Assembly: GCA_033763315.1 (NCBI GenBank)
Contig: JANRKS010000016.1
Location: 128,001-192,000, forward strand
Source: Deltaproteobacteria bacterium
GTDB taxonomy: Bacteria > Myxococcota_A > Polyangia > Fen-1088
Direction of reading: 5' to 3'
Length of the DNA stretch: 64,000 nucleotides
Positions 20,296 through 29,451 of the stretch are shown piece after piece (within the stretch, counting starts at the first letter, position 1; every line of letters starts with the position of its first letter). A program made the translations under genes and the position numbers. The notes beneath the pieces were generated by a model that ran no database searches, had not been told where the DNA came from, and saw only the letters and a list, made by a program, of their open reading frames with translations.

Positions 20296-21693
20296 CTAAG
20301 CCTTCAAACCCGGCATGGGCCCTTTGCATACCGATGCCTTGCCAAAGGTTGTGATGGGGATACCCATGGCGTTTGCTATCGAGACAAACAGATCGTTGTG
20401 AGCGATGGTCTTTCCTGGGCGGATGTAGCGCCCTGTCTTGAAATATCCGCCTGCACTGCCAGCCAATAACCACGGCAACCGGTCAAGCCCATGGTTGCCC
20501 GTGGCAATCTCGCCAGCCCACAGCACCACCGTGTGGTCTAAAACAGATTTGCCATCCGCTTCTGGAATTTCATCCAGCGCTTTGAGCAACTTGGCGAACG
20601 CGCGCGCGTAAACCAAGTGGTATTGGCGGTTCATTTCCATCGCTTCGGGATTGAGAAATAGCCCACCCGAGCGCTCGTCAGTGCCGTGAGCAAGCTCGTG
20701 AAGGTCGGGAGCGCCAAACTTGCCCGGCGTCCACCCCACCCCACTGAGCACAGATTCGGGAAGCTCGTCGAAGTTGAGCGTGGCCACGCGGGTCAGATCA
20801 CAGGCCAACGCCGCGGCCGTGAGGCGGGCCCAGACCTCGAAGTTGGCCTCTGTCTTGTCGCCAGCGGCTGTGAGAATCTCAGAGCCGGGCCGGGCACAGG
20901 CGGCACCCGTCGCGGGAAGCAGCAACGACTTCTCAAGATCGCGAAGCGCCTGCGCGTGGGCATCGAGCTTGGTTTTGTCGGCGGCGGAAAGGCTGGATTT
21001 GATCGCGTTAAATTCGTCGGGAAGTCCCGCCAAGACGCTACGCCTGAACTTCAACGCAGTCTGTTCCGGGCCATCACCACTTGCGGACGGAGCACTGCCA
21101 AAAAGTCGTGTGTATGCCGTTTTGGCTTGGCATTCGCCCGTATAAGTTTGCCCGGGGCCCACAGAATTGATGTCGTGGTACTTGGTCTCACAACTGCCAC
21201 CGAAAAAATCCAATGACTTGTACTTGGTGACGGGACCGTTCTTGTTCAGCTCCTGTGCGATGAACTGATCGATAGAAATGCCCCCCGGTTTTGCGCCGCT
21301 TGCGCGGTTGACCGGTGCAAGCGAGTGGGTTTGGCCGGCATAATGCGAGTTGGCAGGGGGCGTGGGATCGTCGACGGTCGACAACATATTCAAGTTGTCG
21401 AGAATCAGCAGATCGTTTTTCCACTGCGCGAACGGCTGCATGATCGAGGCAAGCTCGAAATCATTCTCGGTTCCGATGCCACCCGCGGCATTCCTGGGGA
21501 ACCACGAGCGCGGTTGCGTGCCGTGGTAGGTGTAATACACCACAAAGCGCGTGGGGATGCCCTGCGCTTGCGCCTGCTTCTCGCGCAAGTGAAACGGCAA
21601 CAGGCCGCCCAAGGCCCCGAGGCCGCGCAGCAAAGTTCTTCGGTTTGGGTTTAGCCCTGTGGCGATAGACGGAAATGAGGAAAAGCGTTTCAT
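20296..21693 (-). CDS. Tat-exported DUF1552 protein (cassette 3)
   Basis: NRRTLLRG; SIDQFIA, LDAH, ACDLTRVATL, HELAH, LDHTVVLWAGEI...H; GGAG RBS. Confidence 0.9.
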   Translation of the reverse strand: MKRFSSFPSIATGLNPNRRTLLRGLGALGGLLPFHLREKQAQAQGIPTRFVVYYTYHGTQPRSWFPRNAAGGIGTENDFELASIMQPFAQWKNDLLILDNLNMLSTVDDPTPPANSHYAGQTHSLAPVNRASGAKPGGISIDQFIAQELNKNGPVTKYKSLDFFGGSCETKYHDINSVGPGQTYTGECQAKTAYTRLFGSAPSASGDGPEQTALKFRRSVLAGLPDEFNAIKSSLSAADKTKLDAHAQALRDLEKSLLLPATGAACARPGSEILTAAGDKTEANFEVWARLTAAALACDLTRVATLNFDELPESVLSGVGWTPGKFGAPDLHELAHGTDERSGGLFLNPEAMEMNRQYHLVYARAFAKLLKALDEIPEADGKSVLDHTVVLWAGEIATGNHGLDRLPWLLAGSAGGYFKTGRYIRPGKTIAHNDLFVSIANAMGIPITTFGKASVCKGPMPGLKA

Positions 21694-21715
21694 TGTGTCT
21701 CCGTAACGGCAAGAG

Positions 21716-23431
21716 CTAGGGGGCGGTGCCGCGGTAGCGGAAGGCGTCGCTTTTCACAAGCGCCACAATCATCGACTTCATGTCGCCTTCGGATTGCATG
21801 AGGCTTTGGGTCAGTTGATCGCGAGCACATTCGTCCGCATCAGTTTCGGCGCGGTTGAGCGAGAACCGGAAGAAGTTGGTGGCCAAGCACGCGGCGAAAG
21901 CCTCGCTTTGCGCCACGCGAGACGACAACTCGACGGCGCCTTCAAAGCGACCGTCGAGGTCGGCGCTGACGTCGACCAATTCGCCCCCCGCGTCGACGAG
22001 CAAATCGTTTTCACGATCACGGTAGCGGCCAAGGGAATCATAGTGGCTGAACCCAAAGCCGATGCCGTCAATGTAACGGTGGCAGCTCGCGCACTCGGGG
22101 CGCCCGTGGCTTACTTCAAAGAGCTGCCGCGTGGTACGCGGTGCCTCGCCAGGCTTGGGCTCAGGCAAAGTGGTGTCGATGCCCACGGGTGGCGGGATGG
22201 GCGAACACAGCAAGTTCTCACGAACATAGATGCCTCGCAGCACGGGCGAATCGATTTGTGGCTTCGCCAACGCCGCCAAGAGAGCGGCCTGGGTCAGCAA
22301 GCCCGAACGTTGCGCCTTGTCGAGCTCAACCTCGCGAAGGTTGGCCCCCGTGATCCCAGACAAGCCATACAGAGGTGCAAGATTGCCATTCACGAACGCT
22401 CGTCTGTCGGTGAGCAACCGCCGCATGTTGCCCGTTTTAGGGTTGAGCACGGCCTCCACATACGCCTCAAGTGACGCGCGCAAATCGGCCTTGAGCTGGT
22501 CGTTGAAGTTGGGAAACAATTTTGTGTCCTTGGACGTCTTTTCAAGACGTGAAAATCCCAACCATTGTTGCGTGAAGCTGGCCATCGCTTTGCTGCTGCG
22601 GGGACTTTGCAGCAAACGCTCCACTTGCGCCTCCAACGTATCCGTATCCTGCAGTTTGCCGTCGTCAGCTAACGCCGTAAGTTCGGCGTCGGGCAAGCTC
22701 TCCCACAGCAACAGGGAAAGCCGTGCCGCCATCTCTTTGGAGTTCAGCTTACGCAGATCTTCGTGGCCCTCTACCGCTTCGCCCACTTCAACCCGGTAGA
22801 GGAACTGCGGAGATTGAAGAACCCGCGACAGAGTCGCACGCAGCGCCGTCGTTGCGTCGGCGCCCTGTTGGGAGGTGGCAAAGAATGTCTTGAGCCGCGA
22901 TAGCTCTGCACTCTCAGGTTTGCGGCGGAAGGCTCGCGCCGCCAAAGCTTCCACGAGCGCGGGCCCACAAGTGGAGGGGGCCGCCGTGAGGCTGCAATTG
23001 ACGCCAAGTGCGGTTGTGAGCTGGCCGGGCGACTTCAGAACGGCATCGGCGATGTTGTTCGCTGCCTTCTCGTAAGCCTCGATGAACTGCGGTGTTGGTG
23101 CCTGCGTGTTGGCGTCATTGTCTAAGCCGTGAAACACCGGTTCCGAAGGTAAGGCCACCTCAGGAAGACTGAGGCCTGGGAAGAGATCTTTGACGGCGTT
23201 GCGGTACTGGCGGTTGGTTAACCGAACAATGGGCGCCCAACCGCCCCCCTGGATGCCGTTACATGCCGAAGGACGATTGCCTTCGCCACCTTCCCCTCCC
23301 TCGCCTCCGCTGCCACCTTTGCCATCATCGACAGAGCCATCGTTTGACCCCGCCGAACCGGAACAGCCTGCCGCTGTGCCAATGCCCAATAGAGCTACGA
23401 GCGCCAATCCGAACTGCTTGGTCTTCGACAT
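21716..23431 (-). CDS. DUF1592/DUF1588-type lipoprotein with CxxCH (cassette 3)
   Basis: AGGAG RBS; lipobox AAGC then Gly-rich stalk; RLTNRQYRNAVKDLF, LQSPQFLYR, RSGLLTQ, PVLRG, CASCH. Confidence 0.92.
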   Translation of the reverse strand: MSKTKQFGLALVALLGIGTAAGCSGSAGSNDGSVDDGKGGSGGEGGEGGEGNRPSACNGIQGGGWAPIVRLTNRQYRNAVKDLFPGLSLPEVALPSEPVFHGLDNDANTQAPTPQFIEAYEKAANNIADAVLKSPGQLTTALGVNCSLTAAPSTCGPALVEALAARAFRRKPESAELSRLKTFFATSQQGADATTALRATLSRVLQSPQFLYRVEVGEAVEGHEDLRKLNSKEMAARLSLLLWESLPDAELTALADDGKLQDTDTLEAQVERLLQSPRSSKAMASFTQQWLGFSRLEKTSKDTKLFPNFNDQLKADLRASLEAYVEAVLNPKTGNMRRLLTDRRAFVNGNLAPLYGLSGITGANLREVELDKAQRSGLLTQAALLAALAKPQIDSPVLRGIYVRENLLCSPIPPPVGIDTTLPEPKPGEAPRTTRQLFEVSHGRPECASCHRYIDGIGFGFSHYDSLGRYRDRENDLLVDAGGELVDVSADLDGRFEGAVELSSRVAQSEAFAACLATNFFRFSLNRAETDADECARDQLTQSLMQSEGDMKSMIVALVKSDAFRYRGTAP

Positions 23432-23698
23432 GCGTAAGTTCTCCTAACGGCCGCACGAGTTGCACGGGCGGCAGCAGTCGTAGGCTACGAGAACGCACTA
23501 CAGGGGCCCATGGCCTGTCAACGCTTCATGAGCTGCGTGAACTGCTTAGCGCAACACGACTTTCGCACCTCGCCCAGCATTTCATGCAGTGGATCGAGAG
23601 CGAAAGGCTGAGTGCTGCTTGCCGCTCGGTGGCTATGTTTACGTTCGCTGCAAGGGCTACGCCCTTGCGCTTTGTGCCTTACTGACTGGAGTAGTTGC

Positions 23699-25387
23699 AT
23701 GCAGTACGGGTCTTTCGGGAGGAGCTTCGGGTCGCTGGCGTCTCGCAAGCGTTGTGGTCGCTCATCCGCGCTCTTGGCGATAACCGTCGTCGTCGCGTGC
23801 GGTGGCACGTCAACCCGCGATGACACAGGCAACAAGCCAGGACCGGGCGGGAACGGCCCGGGTGGTGAAGATTCAACGTACAACGTTTGCGACACCGTGG
23901 GACCCGCTCCCGTGCGCCGTCTCACCAGATCGGAGTATACAAACACGCTCAAAGATCTCCTGGGATCGTTGCCGCTCAACTCCGACAGCCTTGTGGCGGA
24001 TGGCTCTGCGGGAATCTTTCGCAGCAACGTCAGCGTTCCAGTCACACCTTCGGTTGCGAATGAATACCGTGACCTTGCCGAGAAGGTGGCGGGCGAAGCC
24101 GCGAAACAATTAGGAGCTGTCACTGGTTGCAAATCTGCCAGTGACGAGTGCGCCAAGTCGTTTATCAGTGATTTCGGCCAACGCGCTTTCCGCCGCCCCC
24201 TGAGTGAAGACGAACGCCTGCGCTACGTGGGCCTTTATACAAGCCTGCGCGACGAGGCGAAGCAAAGCTACGAAGCGTCCTTGCAAACCGTGATCGCGGC
24301 CTTCTTGCAATCGCCGTATTTCTTGAACCGCATTGAACGGCAGGGCGCCGAGGGCAAGTTGACATCGTGGGATATGGCGTCTCGGCTGTCCTACTTCCTG
24401 TGGGGAACCATGCCGGATACGGCGCTTTTCGATGCGGCGGCTTCAAATGAGCTTCTGACAGACGAAGGGATCCAGGCGCAGACGGATCGCCTCTTACGGG
24501 ATCCACGTGCGCAGCCGATGGTACGAAGCTTTTACGCGCAGTGGCTTGAGCTTGAAAAGCTTGACCGTGTCACGCGCAGCTCGGAGAGGTTTCCTGAAAT
24601 GTCGCATGACTTGCTCGTCGACATGCGAACGGAGGTCGAAAAGTTTAGCGAGAGCCTTCACGCGCGCGAGGGTGGGTCTTTAACCGATCTTCTCACACAA
24701 CCCTTTGGCTATGTGACGCCCAGGTTGGCTGCAATTTACGGATTAAAGAACGCGAAAGACGGAGAAGTTGACCTAAACCGAGAAGAGCGCGCCGGCATTC
24801 TCACAAGCGCGGCCTTCTTAACTCTGAACGCACACTTTGAAGACACTTCGCCCGTACATCGGGGCAAGTTCGTAAGAGAGCGGCTGCTATGCCAGCTGAT
24901 GCCCTCGCCCCCAGGTGATGTGCAAGTGGTATTGCCGCCGCCAGACCCCAACCTTAGCACCAGAGAGCGGTATCAAAAGCATCTGGACGACCCGTACTGC
25001 CGCGGTTGTCACATCCTCATGAACCCCATCGGCCTTGCGTTCGAGGGCTATGATCCTGTGGGCCGCCACCGCACGAACGAAAACGGGTTGACCATCGACA
25101 CATCGGGTGAACTGGGCAGCACCGCCGACATTAATGGAGCGTTCAAAGATCCGATCGAGTTGGCCAACAGGCTGGCGACAAGCCAAGAAGTGGCAGGGTG
25201 TATGGCGAAGCATTGGTTCACCTTCGCCATGGGTCGGCCTGTGGAGGATGAAGACGAGTGCACCTTGCAGGCCGTCACGCAGGCGTTTGTGTCAGCGCGG
25301 CTTGATTTGCGATCGTTAATTTATTCCATCGTGACAAGCGACGGGTTCCGCAAGATTGCGCCCCCGACGAAGGAGCAGTGCGAATGA
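23699..25387 (+). CDS. DUF1592/DUF1588-type lipoprotein with CxxCH (cassette 4)
   Basis: Lipobox VVAC; RRLTRSEYTNTLKDLLG, LQSPYFLNR, RAGILT, SPVHRG, CRGCH. Start placed at ATG 23699 after GGAG (track start 23612). Confidence 0.9.
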   Translation: MQYGSFGRSFGSLASRKRCGRSSALLAITVVVACGGTSTRDDTGNKPGPGGNGPGGEDSTYNVCDTVGPAPVRRLTRSEYTNTLKDLLGSLPLNSDSLVADGSAGIFRSNVSVPVTPSVANEYRDLAEKVAGEAAKQLGAVTGCKSASDECAKSFISDFGQRAFRRPLSEDERLRYVGLYTSLRDEAKQSYEASLQTVIAAFLQSPYFLNRIERQGAEGKLTSWDMASRLSYFLWGTMPDTALFDAAASNELLTDEGIQAQTDRLLRDPRAQPMVRSFYAQWLELEKLDRVTRSSERFPEMSHDLLVDMRTEVEKFSESLHAREGGSLTDLLTQPFGYVTPRLAAIYGLKNAKDGEVDLNREERAGILTSAAFLTLNAHFEDTSPVHRGKFVRERLLCQLMPSPPGDVQVVLPPPDPNLSTRERYQKHLDDPYCRGCHILMNPIGLAFEGYDPVGRHRTNENGLTIDTSGELGSTADINGAFKDPIELANRLATSQEVAGCMAKHWFTFAMGRPVEDEDECTLQAVTQAFVSARLDLRSLIYSIVTSDGFRKIAPPTKEQCE

Positions 25388-26688
25388 GCTTCGGACGAAG
25401 AACTTTGGTACGTCGCTTTGGGGCGTCGCTGCTGGCATCACCGGCATTCACCTTGATGGGATTAGGAGCACAAGCGGCCGAGAAGCCGCCCCGTCGGCTG
25501 GTCGTCTTTGCCACACCGAACGGAACGGTAATGAATTCGTTCTGGGGTCCGAACGCCGACACGTTGGGGCCGATCCTATCGCCGCTTAAGGCCTACCAAA
25601 AGCGGCTCTTGGTGATGCGTGGCATCGACATGCTATCGGCGTACGAGGAGCCGATTCCCGCCGATCATCGTCCCGACTTTGCCAACGCACTCATTGCGAA
25701 GCAGCCATTCCTGACGACCGCAGGGTTTCCGATTGCGGCGGACATCTCAATCGATCAGCACATCGCCAACACGGTGGGCAAATCCACCCGCGTCGCCTCC
25801 TTGCAAATGGGCGTGGACTCGGAGATTGGGTTCGGTCCGATCAACGGCGTGGGACCCAGGCGCGGCATCCAACCTCAAAACGTCACGTCCGCGATATACG
25901 AAAGAACATTTGGTGAGCTGGCCAAGAGCGCCGGCGAAGCAAGCGCGATGGTGGGCAACCGAACGCGCAAGAGCGTGCTGGACGTCATCAACAAGGACTT
26001 GCTGGCAGCGCGCTGTGTGGTCTCGAAAGAGGAACGACTGAAGCTGGATTCGCACGCCGAGGCGCTCCGCGAACTTGAGCGCGAACTCTCCTTGGACGCC
26101 GCGCCGGTGGGCGCGTGTGCGGCACCTCCTGCGCCTTCGGCAAACAAGGTGGATTTTCCGACGCGGGGAAAGATGCAGATGGATCTCATTGCCAGTCTGC
26201 TTGCATGCGATTTAACGCGTGTGATCACACTGCAATGGAGCACGGGGCAATCACAGATCGCGTATCCGTGGGCGGGCGTGATGGGCTCCCACCACGCAAT
26301 CTCCCACGGCACGGACGGAAGCAGCCGCGACCCCGTTGAGCGCGACAAGTTGATTGTGAAGATTGAAACTTGGTACGCCGAACAGTTTGCTTACCTTTGC
26401 GGAAAGCTGGATGCCATCAAAGAGGCGGACGGAACGAGCGTCTTAGACAACACAGCTTTGCTTTGGATCCATGAACAAAGCGATGGGTTTAGTCACAGCC
26501 GCAAGGATATGCCGTACGTGTTGGCCGGTGGGTGCCAAGGGCAGTTTCGTGTGGGCCGCCAATTGAACCTCAACGGGGTTCCCCACAACGGTCTTCTCAT
26601 CTCGCTGGCCGAAGCCATGGGCGTGCCAACGCCCAGCTTTGGTCTCGCCAAGCACTCACAAGGAAAGATTGGGTCGCTTCATGCTTAA
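25384..26688 (+). CDS. Tat-exported DUF1552 protein (cassette 4)
   Basis: ATGA overlap at 25384-25387; GRRTLVRR; SIDQHIA, LDSH, ACDLTRVITL, HHAISH, LDNTALLWIHEQ...H. Confidence 0.9.
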   Translation: MSFGRRTLVRRFGASLLASPAFTLMGLGAQAAEKPPRRLVVFATPNGTVMNSFWGPNADTLGPILSPLKAYQKRLLVMRGIDMLSAYEEPIPADHRPDFANALIAKQPFLTTAGFPIAADISIDQHIANTVGKSTRVASLQMGVDSEIGFGPINGVGPRRGIQPQNVTSAIYERTFGELAKSAGEASAMVGNRTRKSVLDVINKDLLAARCVVSKEERLKLDSHAEALRELERELSLDAAPVGACAAPPAPSANKVDFPTRGKMQMDLIASLLACDLTRVITLQWSTGQSQIAYPWAGVMGSHHAISHGTDGSSRDPVERDKLIVKIETWYAEQFAYLCGKLDAIKEADGTSVLDNTALLWIHEQSDGFSHSRKDMPYVLAGGCQGQFRVGRQLNLNGVPHNGLLISLAEAMGVPTPSFGLAKHSQGKIGSLHA

Positions 26689-27751
26689 ACGCGGCTGGCT
26701 CTTGTTCATGTGTTTGAGCGTGGGCTGTGCTTCAGGCGCTGGGGATTCAGGCAGTAAAGAAGACGAAGCCGATGCCGAAGCCGGCGGCAATGGTGGGGCT
26801 GGTGGAGGTGAACAGAATCAGTCCAGTGCCGACGCGATGGATGAACAGGTGAAGGCGGATGCGGCGGCGCCCGTTGTTCCCGATGCCGCGAGCGCAGGTG
26901 GCCGCGGCGGAGCGGGCGGCGGGACGACTACACCACGACCGGCGCCTCCCGATGGCACTTATTACGAGGCGCCCCCTTATGCCCTTGGTCCCGATTCACT
27001 CGGTTCGTCTTCGCTCAAGCGGGGAAAGTTGCAGCCAATCTTAACGGCAAAAAGCGCGATCTATGGTGATCGAACTTTCACATATCGATTTTATATGCCA
27101 CCCGGCTACGACCCCGCCAAGCCGGTGGCGTTGCTCATTGCTCTTGATGGCGACGTCTATTTGTCGAACCCGCAGTGGCGGACCACGGTGGTGCTCGACG
27201 CTTTGACGGCACGCCAAGAGATCCCCATGACGCTCACGATGTTCGTAAACCCGATCGAAAACGCCCGCGGAGAGCAGTACAACGGCAGCGATGACAAATT
27301 CGCCCGCCATACGATTGATGAGCTTTTACCTTTGGCGGCTGCACAAGCCAACTTGGTTGATTCACCCAAAGCCCGCGCCATCATGGGCCACAGCTCTGGC
27401 GGCTTGGCGGCGTTTCGCGTGGGATGGCATCGGCCCGACAAATTCATGCGCATCATCACCCACAGTGGCAGCTTTGCGGCTCCCACCCAAGGCGATGTTT
27501 TCGTCAACATGATTGCCTCAACCTCCCCAGCCAAAGCCATCCGCGTCTTCTTGCAAAGCGGAACGATGGACATCAATGGATGGCTAGACAAAAACAAGGC
27601 CATGGCCACAGCCTTGGCCGCCAAGGGGTACGCACACCGTTTGGTGTGGGGCGATTCCGGTCACGGGTTCGAGCACAACGGCGCCGTGTTGCCCGAGACG
27701 ATGCGATGGGCTTGGAAGGACTTTGATCCCGCTTGGAACCAAGCGCAGTAG
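26681..27751 (+). CDS. Lipoprotein esterase, alpha/beta hydrolase (Fes/enterochelin-esterase-like) on a Gly/Ala-rich stalk
   Basis: Lipobox SVGC; YMPPGYD, LDGD, GHSSGG nucleophile elbow, HSGSF, C-terminal GH; start overlaps the DUF1552 stop by 8 nt. Confidence 0.85.
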   Translation: MLKRGWLLFMCLSVGCASGAGDSGSKEDEADAEAGGNGGAGGGEQNQSSADAMDEQVKADAAAPVVPDAASAGGRGGAGGGTTTPRPAPPDGTYYEAPPYALGPDSLGSSSLKRGKLQPILTAKSAIYGDRTFTYRFYMPPGYDPAKPVALLIALDGDVYLSNPQWRTTVVLDALTARQEIPMTLTMFVNPIENARGEQYNGSDDKFARHTIDELLPLAAAQANLVDSPKARAIMGHSSGGLAAFRVGWHRPDKFMRIITHSGSFAAPTQGDVFVNMIASTSPAKAIRVFLQSGTMDINGWLDKNKAMATALAAKGYAHRLVWGDSGHGFEHNGAVLPETMRWAWKDFDPAWNQAQ

Positions 27752-27760
27752 GCGGTTGGT

Positions 27761-27794
27761 GAGCGGAGGAGGCCCGCAGTGGGTCCCCCCGCTC
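27761..27794. terminator. GC-rich hairpin between convergent genes, possible bidirectional terminator
   Basis: GAGCGG...GGCCC-GCAGT-GGGTC...CCGCTC; no U-tract. Confidence 0.35.
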
Positions 27795-27807
27795 GATCTA
27801 CAACTGT

Positions 27808-29349
27808 CTAGGCCTTCAGCAGCGGCAGAGGCTGGCTGGCAGATGAAAAGGCGCCAGGGTTAAGCTTGAAGCTCTTGAGGTTTGGATCCTGCAGATTCAG
27901 CCCATATCCCGGTACGTTGTTGCGCTCAAACTCGGCGGGGGCCAGCCCCATGGCCTGCAGCGCCGTCGCGAGCCACTGGTTCCACGTGAGTCCGTAGTAC
28001 AAGACCGAAGGAGACGTTGCGCTGCCAAACCGCTGCGCCGGCGTCTTGCAACGATAGTCGAGAAATTGCCCCGTTTTGAAATAGCCACCCGCGGAGCCGG
28101 CGAGGATGAGAGGCATGTTGGCATTGTCATGCGTTGACATTCCCGACTCTTGCGACCACGCCATCAGCGTGTTGTCCAAATAGGTTCGCCCCGCGAAGTC
28201 TTCAACGGCATCTAGCTTGCGCGCGAGATCAGCGTAGATCCATTCGAACACGTTGCGGTTGTGCTGCACGAGCCTCGTTTGCGCGTCGGCTTGTTGCCAC
28301 ATGTGCGCGGTGTCTTGATGCCAAGATCCAGAGAAGTCAACAAGCGGGGCCGCCGCTCCGATGGTGGCAATGCCACTCGTTCCACAAAGGAAGGCGGCAA
28401 CAATGACGTCGTTGTAGGCCTGGAAGCGCAGCTTGAGATCTGCGGGCCGCGAAGAGTTGGTGTTGACGCTGCCAGGTCGTTTGGCTGTTCCGCACGACTT
28501 TGCAGAGGACGCCATCGCCGCCAATTTGCGCTCGAGTTCATTGAGGCGAGCGATGTGGTCATCGAGTCTTTGTTTGTCTTCAACGGACAACCGCCGGTTG
28601 CTTTCGCGCAGCGATCGGTAGTTGGCGCGCACTTTATCGACGATGCTTTTGCGCGTAGGCACCGGCGAGGACGGCTGTTGCACCTGCCCAACCGTGGAAT
28701 CAAACAAGGCCTGCGGATCGTACTCGGACCGGATGCCCTGAATGTTTCCCGACTTGGTCGTGGTGTTCGACCAATAGAACGAAAAGCCTCCGCGCGATCC
28801 TGTCGCGATGGTTCGTTCCCGCACACTTGAGAGTTGGGTATAAAAGCCCGGGGCGTAAGCCATCAACTGATCGATGGTGGGCATGGGGAACTGTTGGGCG
28901 TAGGACCCTTCGCCACCGTTGCCGTCATTGCGCGCGTAATTGCCTAGGTGCCCGCCCGTGTTGTGGGCGATGTAAAATGGGATGCACAGGCCCTGCACCA
29001 CATTCATTTTGGCCACGAGCGACGTGGGAAAGACGGTTGTGGGCGCGCGAAGTACGGGCGACAAAACCGTGTCCGCACCTTCGATTTTGGCTTCGAGGTT
29101 TCCGTAGTGCATGTCGAACCCGGGAAACAGGTTCTTGACGTTCGGCGCCATTGCGTCGGGCGGAAACATGTTCGACTGATAAACGCCGCCATGGTCCGTC
29201 ATGACGGCGACAAACCGCTTTTGAAGCGGGGGTGTCACCTCAGCGGCGTAGGCCGCTATCGGCACCAACGATCGCAAAAAGGGAACACCCAGCGTAAACC
29301 CACCTGCTCCACTTATGAACTGCCTGCGGCGCATCAAGAGTTTTTTCAT
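27808..29349 (-). CDS. Orphan, divergent Tat-exported DUF1552 protein
   Basis: MRRRQFISG; TIDQLMA, RKSIVDKV, LDDHIARLNELE, WHQDTAH, LDNTLMAWSQE...H, GSAGGYFKTG. Start ATG 29349 (track start 29370). Confidence 0.85.
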   Translation of the reverse strand: MKKLLMRRRQFISGAGGFTLGVPFLRSLVPIAAYAAEVTPPLQKRFVAVMTDHGGVYQSNMFPPDAMAPNVKNLFPGFDMHYGNLEAKIEGADTVLSPVLRAPTTVFPTSLVAKMNVVQGLCIPFYIAHNTGGHLGNYARNDGNGGEGSYAQQFPMPTIDQLMAYAPGFYTQLSSVRERTIATGSRGGFSFYWSNTTTKSGNIQGIRSEYDPQALFDSTVGQVQQPSSPVPTRKSIVDKVRANYRSLRESNRRLSVEDKQRLDDHIARLNELERKLAAMASSAKSCGTAKRPGSVNTNSSRPADLKLRFQAYNDVIVAAFLCGTSGIATIGAAAPLVDFSGSWHQDTAHMWQQADAQTRLVQHNRNVFEWIYADLARKLDAVEDFAGRTYLDNTLMAWSQESGMSTHDNANMPLILAGSAGGYFKTGQFLDYRCKTPAQRFGSATSPSVLYYGLTWNQWLATALQAMGLAPAEFERNNVPGYGLNLQDPNLKSFKLNPGAFSSASQPLPLLKA

Positions 29350-29451
29350 TTTTGAACTGCCTGTACGCAAAAGGTTGTACTCACTTTACGCGCGCCACCA
29401 TGTCAACCCCTGCGCGTCGTCGTGCGCGAAATGACGAAGGGTGTACTGAAG

